IMG/VR virus record: IMGVR_UViG_3300024503_000419
Length of the DNA stretch: 64,000 nt
Source: a virus
Reading direction: 5' to 3' (one strand)
Positions 38,731 to 47,013 of this stretch are shown piece by piece; positions within the stretch are counted from its first letter, which is position 1, and the number at the start of each line of letters is the position of its first letter. The notes beneath the pieces are model-generated. The model worked only from the letters and a program-made list of their open reading frames with translations. It ran no database searches and was not told the origin of the DNA. The position numbers and the translations under genes were made by a program.

Positions 38731-41700
38731 TGGCTTGTAGACTAGATGTTAAAAAGGCAATATTGGACAAAGCTTTCAACGAAATGTTTGAAGGTAGGTA
38801 CACTTATTCCCGTATATCTGATGACACCATAAGAATAAATGGTAAAGTGGATGCTGCTGGGACAAAAGCTTTGAGTAGAACTCAAGCCTTGAATATAGCT
38901 AAAAGAAAGCTGGCACAAGTTAGAAAGTCATTTAATAATGCTGTAACTGGATATGTTACAAACGTTTCTGATTATGATCCAGTTACAATAACTCTGGATG
39001 TCAATCCTAATTATGTAGAACACGAATACAATAGACTTCCTGAAGAACAAAAGACAGATCCTAAGAATGCTATGTTACAGAAGGAAGACTTAGATATGTC
39101 AAAAGCTTCTCCTGCCACTGTGGCCATGATAAAAGACTTCCTCAATCGTATTGGTGTTAACATCAAACCTATGCAACAGATTGTTGTAAATGGTGAGAAG
39201 CAGAATGCAAATGGTGTAGCTCTTATTATGCAGAAGCTTATACAGGTGGTAGAGGGTAAAGAGGCTGAAGCTCTTCCTGAGGAAGCAATGCACTTTGCTG
39301 TTGAGATTATAAAGCAAACAAACCCAGCCCTTTACAAGAAGCTGTTGAGTGAGATAAACAACTATAGGATATTAAAGCAAGTGTTTGCTGACTATGCGTC
39401 TGATCCTCTCTATCAGACAAAGGATGGTAAGCCAGATGTCCTCAAACTTAAAGACGAGGCTATAGCAAAGGTGTTGGCTGAGGTGGTTATTAAGAACCGT
39501 GAGGGAGCTGTGGACAATCCTCAGAACCTTGAGAAAGCACTTGGTTGGTGGGGAAAGATTATGGAATGGCTCAAAGGACTATTCACAAAGAGTGGATTTG
39601 ACCAGGCAGCTATGGACATCATCTCTGGAAAGAAAATAGGTACAGCGGATGACATCAGAGCTGATATAGATTTAGCTTTCCTTCAGCAGGCAAATGATCC
39701 ACAGACCACCATCTTTAATAAAATAAAAGAGGTGGATTCTAAGATAGAGAAAAAAACTGTTATAGAGGATGGTGAGGAAGTTGAGAGATACTTCATAGAT
39801 GGAAAGCAAATCAGAAGAAGGGTGACAGATCTTTCTAAAGATTGGTATTCCAGACAGCGTGACCAGAAGGATTTAACAAAGAGTGACTACCAAAAGGCAC
39901 TTGATGAACTTAAGAAAGAGAAGGGTACAGCTGGCCATAAATATCTAGAACTTGCATTTGGCATGTTCATAGATGAGAACGGATTTGTAAGAGATGTTCC
40001 TTTGGATGAGGATGTAGCATTAGCCAAGGTGCCTGCTTCAGACAGGTCTATGTTTAGTGTTCTGAAGGACAATCTACAAGAAAGAATTAGAGTGATCAAT
40101 GCTCAGGGTGGTGGTAAGGTGAGATTTGCTAGTGAGGTGACCATCTACGATCCTAACAGATCTATAGCTGGTACAGTGGACTTCCTTGCTATTACACCAG
40201 AAGGAAATACATATGTTCTTGACTGGAAGTTCATGGCTATTAAGACAGATCAATTCCAAGAGATTCCTTGGTATAATGTCAATAGCTGGAGAATACAAAT
40301 GGACCAGTATAAGCTCATCCTAAAGAGCGTGTATGGTGTTAAGCCTGGAAACTTTGAACAGACTAGGATGATTCCTATACAGGCTATTTACACAGGAGGG
40401 GATGCAAGGTCTGGTGTTCTTCCAATGCTTGAGAAGGTGAGGATTGGAGATGTTGTGGTGAACAACATTGATGAAGATTATTTATTACCTCTTGCTTTGA
40501 TTGATGAGAAAACAGGTAGCAAAAAGCTTGACAGCATTCTTGAAAAACTCAATGCTGTATACAAAAAGTTTTCTGAGAGAAGAGTGTTGCCTTCTGAAAC
40601 ATTGAGCAAAAGAGAACAGCTCAACTCACTGTTCCAGGCAATCAGACATCTTCAGATGAAGAGAGAGGTGAGACCTCTACTTAGACAAGCTAAGATATTA
40701 AACATACAGATAAAGAAGCTCCTACAGAGATATAAGAATGAGTTTGAAGGAAAAGATCCTAAGTCTTTCACAGACCAACAGGTTAGTGAGTTTGCTGCAG
40801 ATCTTATTACAGCACAGGAGTCTTTGAGAACCTACACCAATCTTGATGTGGATTTGAGATTTCTGTTCCCAGAAGAACTGTCAGAAGAGGATGCAAAGCT
40901 TAATGAAGACTTAAGAAAGACAGCAGATGCTGCCAGATCTCTTATGAATGAGCTAGAAGGTGAGGATGGTGTTATAAACAACTTTGCTTCTGAAATAGTT
41001 GCTAAGTCTGAAGGAATAGATTCCTTGTTGTCTCCAGAGAAAATAATAAAAGGTTTTACAAAACTCTTTGGAACCACATCAACATTACAGACAAGAGCTA
41101 TACAAATCCTTTACAAAAAGGCAAACAAAGCGTTTGCTTATTCTGGAATGGAGGCAATCAACGAGAACAAAAGACTGCTGTCTATAAAGGAAGCCTACGA
41201 TAAATGGGCAAGATCTAAAGGACTTACAGCAAAAAGCTATTTTGATATTATCAAGAAGAAAGGAAAGAACGAGCTTATTGATGAGTTCAATCCTGAGTTC
41301 TTCTCCACCCTTAAGAAGAAGATAGAGGCTAAGGATTATGATTGGGTGAGAGCTAACATCAATGTTGCTGAATACAACAAAGACCTTTCTGAGAAGCTCA
41401 AGGAAGAGATACAAAGAATTATTGACAGACCTAGGGTGTTTGAGAACCAAGAAGAAGCTGCAAGAATGCAGAGATATGAGGAGACAAAGAATCCTGCAGA
41501 TCTTCCAAATGAGCTTAAATATGAAATAAACCAGGCTAGAGCTTTATACAACACAACCACTACAGAATCTCCAGGATGGTTGCTTTATGATCTTGTAAAG
41601 AAACATGCAGCAGAGAAATGGGTGTCTAAAGAATGGAAAGAGCTGAACGATCCAAAGAACAAAGCTGCTCTTGATTTCTATAATTACATTAGAGACAAGA

Positions 41701-43742
41701 ACGAAGAATACAGAGATCTTGGATATATAAGAAGAGACAGCGCTAGGGTGTTCCTGCCATTTGTAAGAAAAACCCTTACAGAGAAACTTGTAATGGGAGG
41801 AAACGTTAGACTTGGTGAACAGTTCTTCAGAAGCATATCTATTGATGAAGGAGATATAGGATATGGTCAAACTGATCCATTGTCAGGCAAACCCATCAAT
41901 GTCATCCCTAAGTATTTCACATCTCCTATAGAAGGAGAAGTGAGCGAAGACCTGTTCAGGACAATGGCTTTCTATAATGAGGCAGCCATTAGATATAAGT
42001 ATTTGAAACAGATGGAGGATCAGTTGAGACTTGTGTCTGGTGTTGAGAGGAACAAGAAGGCAATTGCCACCTCTATATTTGGAAAAACAGAATACAAAGA
42101 TGATGTTCTCCAATACACTCCAGACAATAATGAAAACTCCAAGCTCTACGATGATATGATGAAATCCATCATATATGGTCAGAGATATGTTACAAGTGAG
42201 ACATTTGATCAGCTGCTTGGAAAGCTTGGTAATTGGGGTGAGACATTGAACAAGAAGCTTGGAATAAACGTATTCCCAGAGGGTCTGTCTGAAAGACAAG
42301 TGAGTGTTAATAAGGTTATTGACAATCTGAACAGCACATTCCAGCTGAGTGCTCTTGGACTAAACCTCCTGTCAGCATCTTCCAACTTCTTTGGTGGTAA
42401 TGCTCAGTCTATCATCAACTCTGGTAAGTATTTCACCAAGGGTGATTATCTGGCTAGTGAGCTTGAGATATTCACACAGAAGCTCAATGTTCCTAACCAA
42501 AAGAAAATAATAGCTGCTCTTGAATACTTCCTCCCTCTGACAGAAAACTATAACAGGGAGTTTGCAAAGAAGCTTTCTCTCAGCACATTGACACAGGAGA
42601 GTTTACAAGATGGGCTGATGTTCCTTATGAGAAAGTCTGACTGGAATGTACAAACTGCCAACTTCCTTTCCTTCCTCAAGAACACTATTGTTCAAGATGG
42701 AGAAGTGGTGAATGCTAGAGAATACCTAAGGTCTCAGCCTAAATATGCAAACATATATGCTGGTGGGGTGGAGCAAAGAAAAAGCCTAGAGAATCAATTT
42801 GAGGAGGATGTTAAGAAACTTGTTGAAGAGAAGGGTGTATTAAAAGTTTCACAAATCGTTGATAATAAACTAGTTATACCTGGTGTTGAGCAACAGTCAC
42901 AAAGTGTTGTTGATCTCAGAAGGAACGTACAAAGTCTGAGCAAAGCTGCGCTTGGTAACTTGTCAGAAGATGATCTCAGAATGATAAACATGAGTGTATA
43001 TGGTAAGTCATTCATGGTGTTTAAAAACTGGATTCCTCGTCTGATTGATGTAAGATTTGGTAATGTTAAATACAATTCAGCCTCTGATGCCTACGAATGG
43101 GGAAGAACAAGAATGGTGTTTAGGATTATCAAGGAAGACCTATTCAGAATGTTAGGTAATCTCCATGGATCTCTAGTGGCTAATGAGAGAGGGGTTGAAT
43201 TCATGAGACAGCTTTATGAAAAGAAGAGGGATGAATATAAGAAGGACACAGGCAAGGAACTAGATATGACAGAGGCACAGTTTATAGATCTTGTCAGAGG
43301 AAACATTAGGTCTCAGATAATAGACGTAATATTCTACGTAAGCCTACTCATCCTTGTGGCAGGCATAAAGAACCTTCCAGATGATGAGGAAGATCCTTCT
43401 GTCAAGAACCAATATAGGTTCCTTGTAAAGATGGCTGATAAGTTTAAGGATGAGATTAGCTATTTCTACGATCCTACAGCCATCCTCAAAACTGTATCTG
43501 GAAACATATTCCCAGCCATCTCCCTGATTGAGAACTTCAGAAAGGGACTGGGTAACTTCTTTGTAGAAAACTGGGCTCTTATAGAAGGTGATGAGAAAAC
43601 TGTAAAAGATACATATGTTATCAAGTATTGGATGCGTACCTTCCCATTCACCAATCAGATGGTTGGTTACCTCCCAATGTTCTACCCAGATGCTGCCAAA
43701 GACCTGGGTATAAAGATGCAAAAGAACTATGGTATACGATAG
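38730..43742 (+). CDS. Large ejected virion protein with zincin-like and PD-(D/E)XK nuclease-like domains
   Basis: 1670 aa; PEEAMH...DEAIA (39279); GTAGHKYLE, SEV, AGTVD, DWK, QMDQY (about 39920-40320); helical C-terminal region. Confidence 0.7.
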   Translation: MACRLDVKKAILDKAFNEMFEGRYTYSRISDDTIRINGKVDAAGTKALSRTQALNIAKRKLAQVRKSFNNAVTGYVTNVSDYDPVTITLDVNPNYVEHEYNRLPEEQKTDPKNAMLQKEDLDMSKASPATVAMIKDFLNRIGVNIKPMQQIVVNGEKQNANGVALIMQKLIQVVEGKEAEALPEEAMHFAVEIIKQTNPALYKKLLSEINNYRILKQVFADYASDPLYQTKDGKPDVLKLKDEAIAKVLAEVVIKNREGAVDNPQNLEKALGWWGKIMEWLKGLFTKSGFDQAAMDIISGKKIGTADDIRADIDLAFLQQANDPQTTIFNKIKEVDSKIEKKTVIEDGEEVERYFIDGKQIRRRVTDLSKDWYSRQRDQKDLTKSDYQKALDELKKEKGTAGHKYLELAFGMFIDENGFVRDVPLDEDVALAKVPASDRSMFSVLKDNLQERIRVINAQGGGKVRFASEVTIYDPNRSIAGTVDFLAITPEGNTYVLDWKFMAIKTDQFQEIPWYNVNSWRIQMDQYKLILKSVYGVKPGNFEQTRMIPIQAIYTGGDARSGVLPMLEKVRIGDVVVNNIDEDYLLPLALIDEKTGSKKLDSILEKLNAVYKKFSERRVLPSETLSKREQLNSLFQAIRHLQMKREVRPLLRQAKILNIQIKKLLQRYKNEFEGKDPKSFTDQQVSEFAADLITAQESLRTYTNLDVDLRFLFPEELSEEDAKLNEDLRKTADAARSLMNELEGEDGVINNFASEIVAKSEGIDSLLSPEKIIKGFTKLFGTTSTLQTRAIQILYKKANKAFAYSGMEAINENKRLLSIKEAYDKWARSKGLTAKSYFDIIKKKGKNELIDEFNPEFFSTLKKKIEAKDYDWVRANINVAEYNKDLSEKLKEEIQRIIDRPRVFENQEEAARMQRYEETKNPADLPNELKYEINQARALYNTTTTESPGWLLYDLVKKHAAEKWVSKEWKELNDPKNKAALDFYNYIRDKNEEYRDLGYIRRDSARVFLPFVRKTLTEKLVMGGNVRLGEQFFRSISIDEGDIGYGQTDPLSGKPINVIPKYFTSPIEGEVSEDLFRTMAFYNEAAIRYKYLKQMEDQLRLVSGVERNKKAIATSIFGKTEYKDDVLQYTPDNNENSKLYDDMMKSIIYGQRYVTSETFDQLLGKLGNWGETLNKKLGINVFPEGLSERQVSVNKVIDNLNSTFQLSALGLNLLSASSNFFGGNAQSIINSGKYFTKGDYLASELEIFTQKLNVPNQKKIIAALEYFLPLTENYNREFAKKLSLSTLTQESLQDGLMFLMRKSDWNVQTANFLSFLKNTIVQDGEVVNAREYLRSQPKYANIYAGGVEQRKSLENQFEEDVKKLVEEKGVLKVSQIVDNKLVIPGVEQQSQSVVDLRRNVQSLSKAALGNLSEDDLRMINMSVYGKSFMVFKNWIPRLIDVRFGNVKYNSASDAYEWGRTRMVFRIIKEDLFRMLGNLHGSLVANERGVEFMRQLYEKKRDEYKKDTGKELDMTEAQFIDLVRGNIRSQIIDVIFYVSLLILVAGIKNLPDDEEDPSVKNQYRFLVKMADKFKDEISYFYDPTAILKTVSGNIFPAISLIENFRKGLGNFFVENWALIEGDEKTVKDTYVIKYWMRTFPFTNQMVGYLPMFYPDAAKDLGIKMQKNYGIR

Positions 43743-43773
43743 CTATATTATGTCGTTTATTTCTTCATAACTC

Positions 43774-43804
43774 ATTGAAAATACATTACTAACAACTAAT
43801 TTTG
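43774..43804 (+). promoter_or_regulatory. Bacteroidota-type promoter upstream of the fibre genes
   Basis: ATTG (43774-43777), 19-nt spacer, TAATTTTG (43797-43804). Confidence 0.6.
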
Positions 43805-43809
43805 CTTAT

Positions 43810-44205
43810 ATGCGTACTGCTGCAATTTGCCCAACATGTGCCACCTATGAGAATGCTCTGTGCGTTCTTTATAACGGTGACTATTTGACTAACATTGACG
43901 TAAACCCCCTAGACTCTTTACAGGTTGCGTTAGAGAAGATTAATGACAATCTGGTTCCTGTAACAGGATCTGGTGCTCCTACAGCTGGAGCCATCTACTT
44001 GGGACAGCTCTATTTAAGAACCAGTGGACCCAAGAATCTTTATTATGCCCAAACTACAGGCACAGGAGCCTTAGACTGGAGGATTCTTCTTTCTGTTCCT
44101 TACACAGGAGCCCCTGAATATGCTGATAATGCTGCTGCCATTTTGGGTGGTTTACTCCAAGGTCAAGTGTACCGTACAGGTGACGTATTGAAAATCGTAC
44201 ATTAA
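43810..44205 (+). CDS. Small fibre-associated protein
   Basis: 131 aa; N-terminal CVLYNGDYL...DSLQVALEKI module and C-terminal YADNAAAILGGL..GQVYRTG motif typical of fibre ends. Confidence 0.65.
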   Translation: MRTAAICPTCATYENALCVLYNGDYLTNIDVNPLDSLQVALEKINDNLVPVTGSGAPTAGAIYLGQLYLRTSGPKNLYYAQTTGTGALDWRILLSVPYTGAPEYADNAAAILGGLLQGQVYRTGDVLKIVH

Positions 44206-44213
44206 TTTAGAAC

Positions 44214-46931
44214 ATGAACGTACTTCCTAATATACTCCAATATGGGGGTAGTGGCACATCTGGTACTTCAGGTGAGTCAACTCCTGACTGTGTAGATAAT
44301 ACACCGATATATACCTATGTGCCTGATCCTGAACCAGTTAATGATTCAGACAAAGTACCGTTCATATCTAAACTCTTTGGCAATCATAGCCAAAATGATT
44401 CTTTTACAACCAGCCCAGTCATATGTGCTGCTAACCCTTGTCCAATTATATTGAACGCCACTTGTGTGTTCTATGAAGGACCCAATTTGATCTATACAAA
44501 AATTAACACCAACGATAATGTTCAGACAGTCATTGAGAAAATAGAAGCAGCTTTTGCCAATGGTTTGGCAGGAAGCTCTGGAACTTCTGGAACTTCTGGA
44601 ACCAGTGGGACCAGTGGTACTTCAGGTGCAGATGGAACGTTTGGTACAAGCGGTAGCTCAGGAACCAGTGGGACCAGTGGGACCAGTGGTACAAGCGCTA
44701 CGAGTGGAACTAGTGGCATAGCTGGTAGTTCTGGTACAAGCGGCACAACAGGTACTTCTGGTACCACTGGTACGAGTGGTACGAGTGCAACCAGTGGAAC
44801 ATCAGGCACAAGCGGTACAAATGGTACTGGCGGCACATCAGGCACGTCTGGTACATCAGCTACCTCAGGATCTAGTGGAACCACAGGTACAAGCGGTACA
44901 AGTGCTACAAGTGGTACGTCTGCAACAAGTGGATCAAGTGGTACATCAGGTACGTCAGCAACAGATGGTACAGGTGGTACCAGTGGTACGTCAGGTACTT
45001 CTGCCACCTCTGGTACATCAGGATCTTCTGGAACTGATGGAACAGGAGGAACTTCAGGTACAAGTGGTACGAGTGCGACTTCTGGATCTTCAGGTACTAC
45101 AGGTACAAGTGGAACAAGCGGAACTACAGGAACATCTGGCAGTAGTGGTACAAGTGGTACATCTGCCACTGATGGTACAGGAGGTTCATCAGGTACGTCA
45201 GGCACAAGTGGAACTGCTGGTACAACAGGTACATCAGGAACCAGTGGTACAGCTGGAACCAGTGGTACAGATGGTACAGCAGGTACGTCTGGTACTAGTG
45301 GCACTGCAGGAACAAGTGGCACATCAGGAACCACTGGCATAAGTGGTACTTCTGGCACTTCAGGAACCAGTGGAACAGACGGATCTGGAGGTACAAGCGG
45401 TACATCTGGTACAAGTGCAACAAGCGGCACCAGTGGTACGAGTGCTACATCAGGCACTTCTGGAACAAGTGGTACTACAGGTACATCAGGATCTTCAGGT
45501 TTGAGTGGTGATAGATTTGCTACAACATCCTCCACCACATATACAATACAAGCCCCTCCTGGTACAGGCACTATTACAGTGGGTACAGGACTGGCATACA
45601 CTCTGGGGCAATCAATCATTATAACTTATTCAGGCGATGCTTTCAAACACAATGAAGCAGTCGTTACATCATATGATCCAAACACTGGTAGCTTAAGCTT
45701 CCAAGTGACTGGACAAACTGGCTCTGGTACATATTCATCTTGGGAAGTGAACCTAGATGGTGCTACAGGTGGTAACGGTACAGATGGTACTTCTGGAACA
45801 AGTGGTACGTCTGCTACAGCAGGTACGTCTGGTACTACAGGAACTTCTGGTTCAAGTGGTAGTAGTGGTACAACAGGCACATCAGGTACTGGTGGCACAT
45901 CTGGTACAAGTGGAATAGATGGCACGTCTGGAACTACAGGCACCTCAGGCACCTCAGGAACCACTGGAACATCTGGTACAAGTGCTACATCTGGAACTTC
46001 AGGTACATCTGGTACTAATGGATCTAATGGTACATCTGGTACGTCTGGCACCACAGGTACATCTGGTAGTAGTGGAACAAGCGCTACATCAGGTACATCA
46101 GGCACTAGCGGCACTGATGGTTCAGGAGGAACCAGTGGTACGAGTGGCACTACAGGTACGAGTGGAAGTTCTGGCAGCTCTGGATCATCTGGTAGCAGTG
46201 GTACAGCTGGATCTTCAGGCACAAGCGGTACAGCAGGTAGCTCAGGAACAGATGGTAGTGGGGGAACCAGTGGAACATCTGGATCTTCTGGATCTAGTGG
46301 CAGTGCTGGTACAAGTGGTACTGACGGTAGTGGCGGAACCTCTGGCACTGCAGGAACTAGTGGATCGTCTGGGTCTTCTGGAAGCTCTGGTAGTTCAGGC
46401 ACAGCAGGCTCTAGTGGAACAAGTGGAACATCAGGTACTGATGGAACAGGAGGAACATCAGGTGTTGATGGTACTAGTGGAACTTCAGGTACAAGTGGTG
46501 TGGATGGAACATCAGGTACTTCTGGAGTTGATGGCACATCTGGTTCATCTGGAACCTCAGGAATCAACGGAACATCTGGTGTGGATGGAAGTTCAGGTAC
46601 AAGTGGATCAAGCGGTACTAGTGGAACAAGTGGTGCGTCTTCAGTGTATGTTGGTACAAGCTCAAGTGCAATCACACTACCTTTGGTAGAATGTACAACA
46701 ACCACTACTACTACCGCTTTTGTATGTGCCAACTGTAGAAATTGGGAGTATAATGGAGCAACTATTCCTGAAGGAGGTGATGTGATTCATTATTACAACT
46801 GTTATACTGGTGATCCTCAAACAATTACATTAAGCAGTGGTGACCCAACTGGTCAATTCTGTAACTGTGATTCTGTAGGAAATCCTTATGCTGATAATGG
46901 TACAACGTTGACACAAATTGGTATATGTTGA
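44214..46931 (+). CDS. Gly-Thr-Ser collagen-like fibre protein
   Basis: 905 aa; two runs of about 100 (G/A)-X-Y triplets dominated by GTS/GSS/GTT flanking a globular domain; C-terminal poly-Thr and Cys-rich domain. Confidence 0.85.
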   Translation: MNVLPNILQYGGSGTSGTSGESTPDCVDNTPIYTYVPDPEPVNDSDKVPFISKLFGNHSQNDSFTTSPVICAANPCPIILNATCVFYEGPNLIYTKINTNDNVQTVIEKIEAAFANGLAGSSGTSGTSGTSGTSGTSGADGTFGTSGSSGTSGTSGTSGTSATSGTSGIAGSSGTSGTTGTSGTTGTSGTSATSGTSGTSGTNGTGGTSGTSGTSATSGSSGTTGTSGTSATSGTSATSGSSGTSGTSATDGTGGTSGTSGTSATSGTSGSSGTDGTGGTSGTSGTSATSGSSGTTGTSGTSGTTGTSGSSGTSGTSATDGTGGSSGTSGTSGTAGTTGTSGTSGTAGTSGTDGTAGTSGTSGTAGTSGTSGTTGISGTSGTSGTSGTDGSGGTSGTSGTSATSGTSGTSATSGTSGTSGTTGTSGSSGLSGDRFATTSSTTYTIQAPPGTGTITVGTGLAYTLGQSIIITYSGDAFKHNEAVVTSYDPNTGSLSFQVTGQTGSGTYSSWEVNLDGATGGNGTDGTSGTSGTSATAGTSGTTGTSGSSGSSGTTGTSGTGGTSGTSGIDGTSGTTGTSGTSGTTGTSGTSATSGTSGTSGTNGSNGTSGTSGTTGTSGSSGTSATSGTSGTSGTDGSGGTSGTSGTTGTSGSSGSSGSSGSSGTAGSSGTSGTAGSSGTDGSGGTSGTSGSSGSSGSAGTSGTDGSGGTSGTAGTSGSSGSSGSSGSSGTAGSSGTSGTSGTDGTGGTSGVDGTSGTSGTSGVDGTSGTSGVDGTSGSSGTSGINGTSGVDGSSGTSGSSGTSGTSGASSVYVGTSSSAITLPLVECTTTTTTTAFVCANCRNWEYNGATIPEGGDVIHYYNCYTGDPQTITLSSGDPTGQFCNCDSVGNPYADNGTTLTQIGIC
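44571..45510 (+). repeat. Gly-X-Y (GTS) coding repeat, block 1
   Basis: Period-3 amino acid repeat with highly varied synonymous codons. Confidence 0.95.
45759..46640 (+). repeat. Gly-X-Y (GTS) coding repeat, block 2
   Basis: Period-3 amino acid repeat with highly varied synonymous codons. Confidence 0.95.
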
Positions 46932-46946
46932 CACAAATTGGTACAT
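46907..46946 (+). repeat. 20-bp tandem duplication at the 3' end of the GTS fibre gene
   Basis: GTTGACACAAATTGGTATAT followed by GTTGACACAAATTGGTACAT. Confidence 0.9.
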
Positions 46947-47013
46947 GTACCACAACCACTACAACAACTCAACCAATATAATTAAATTTACAAAACAACC
47001 TTAATATATCAAC

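Noticed and set aside
117-43721. Numerous 60-270 aa antisense and alternate-frame ORFs nested in structural genes
   Set aside because: They lack recognisable motifs, promoters or leaders and are expected by chance opposite long coding regions
26689-43742. Inteins or group I introns in the RNAP cluster
   Set aside because: No intein splice-junction motifs (C/S...HN-C/S/T), LAGLIDADG/HNH motifs or reading-frame interruptions were noticed by eye; an HMM scan would settle it
44571-46640. Possible CRISPR array or DGR-like repeat region
   Set aside because: The repeats are period-9-nt coding repeats with synonymous variation and no constant repeat/unique spacer pattern; there is no cas gene or reverse transcriptase in the window
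44522-46732. Long minus-strand ORFs (365 and 368 aa, VPLVP-rich) and alternate-frame plus-strand ORFs (188 and 256 aa)
   Set aside because: They are shadows of the GTS repeat, whose codons lack stops in other frames; they have no start context or domain content
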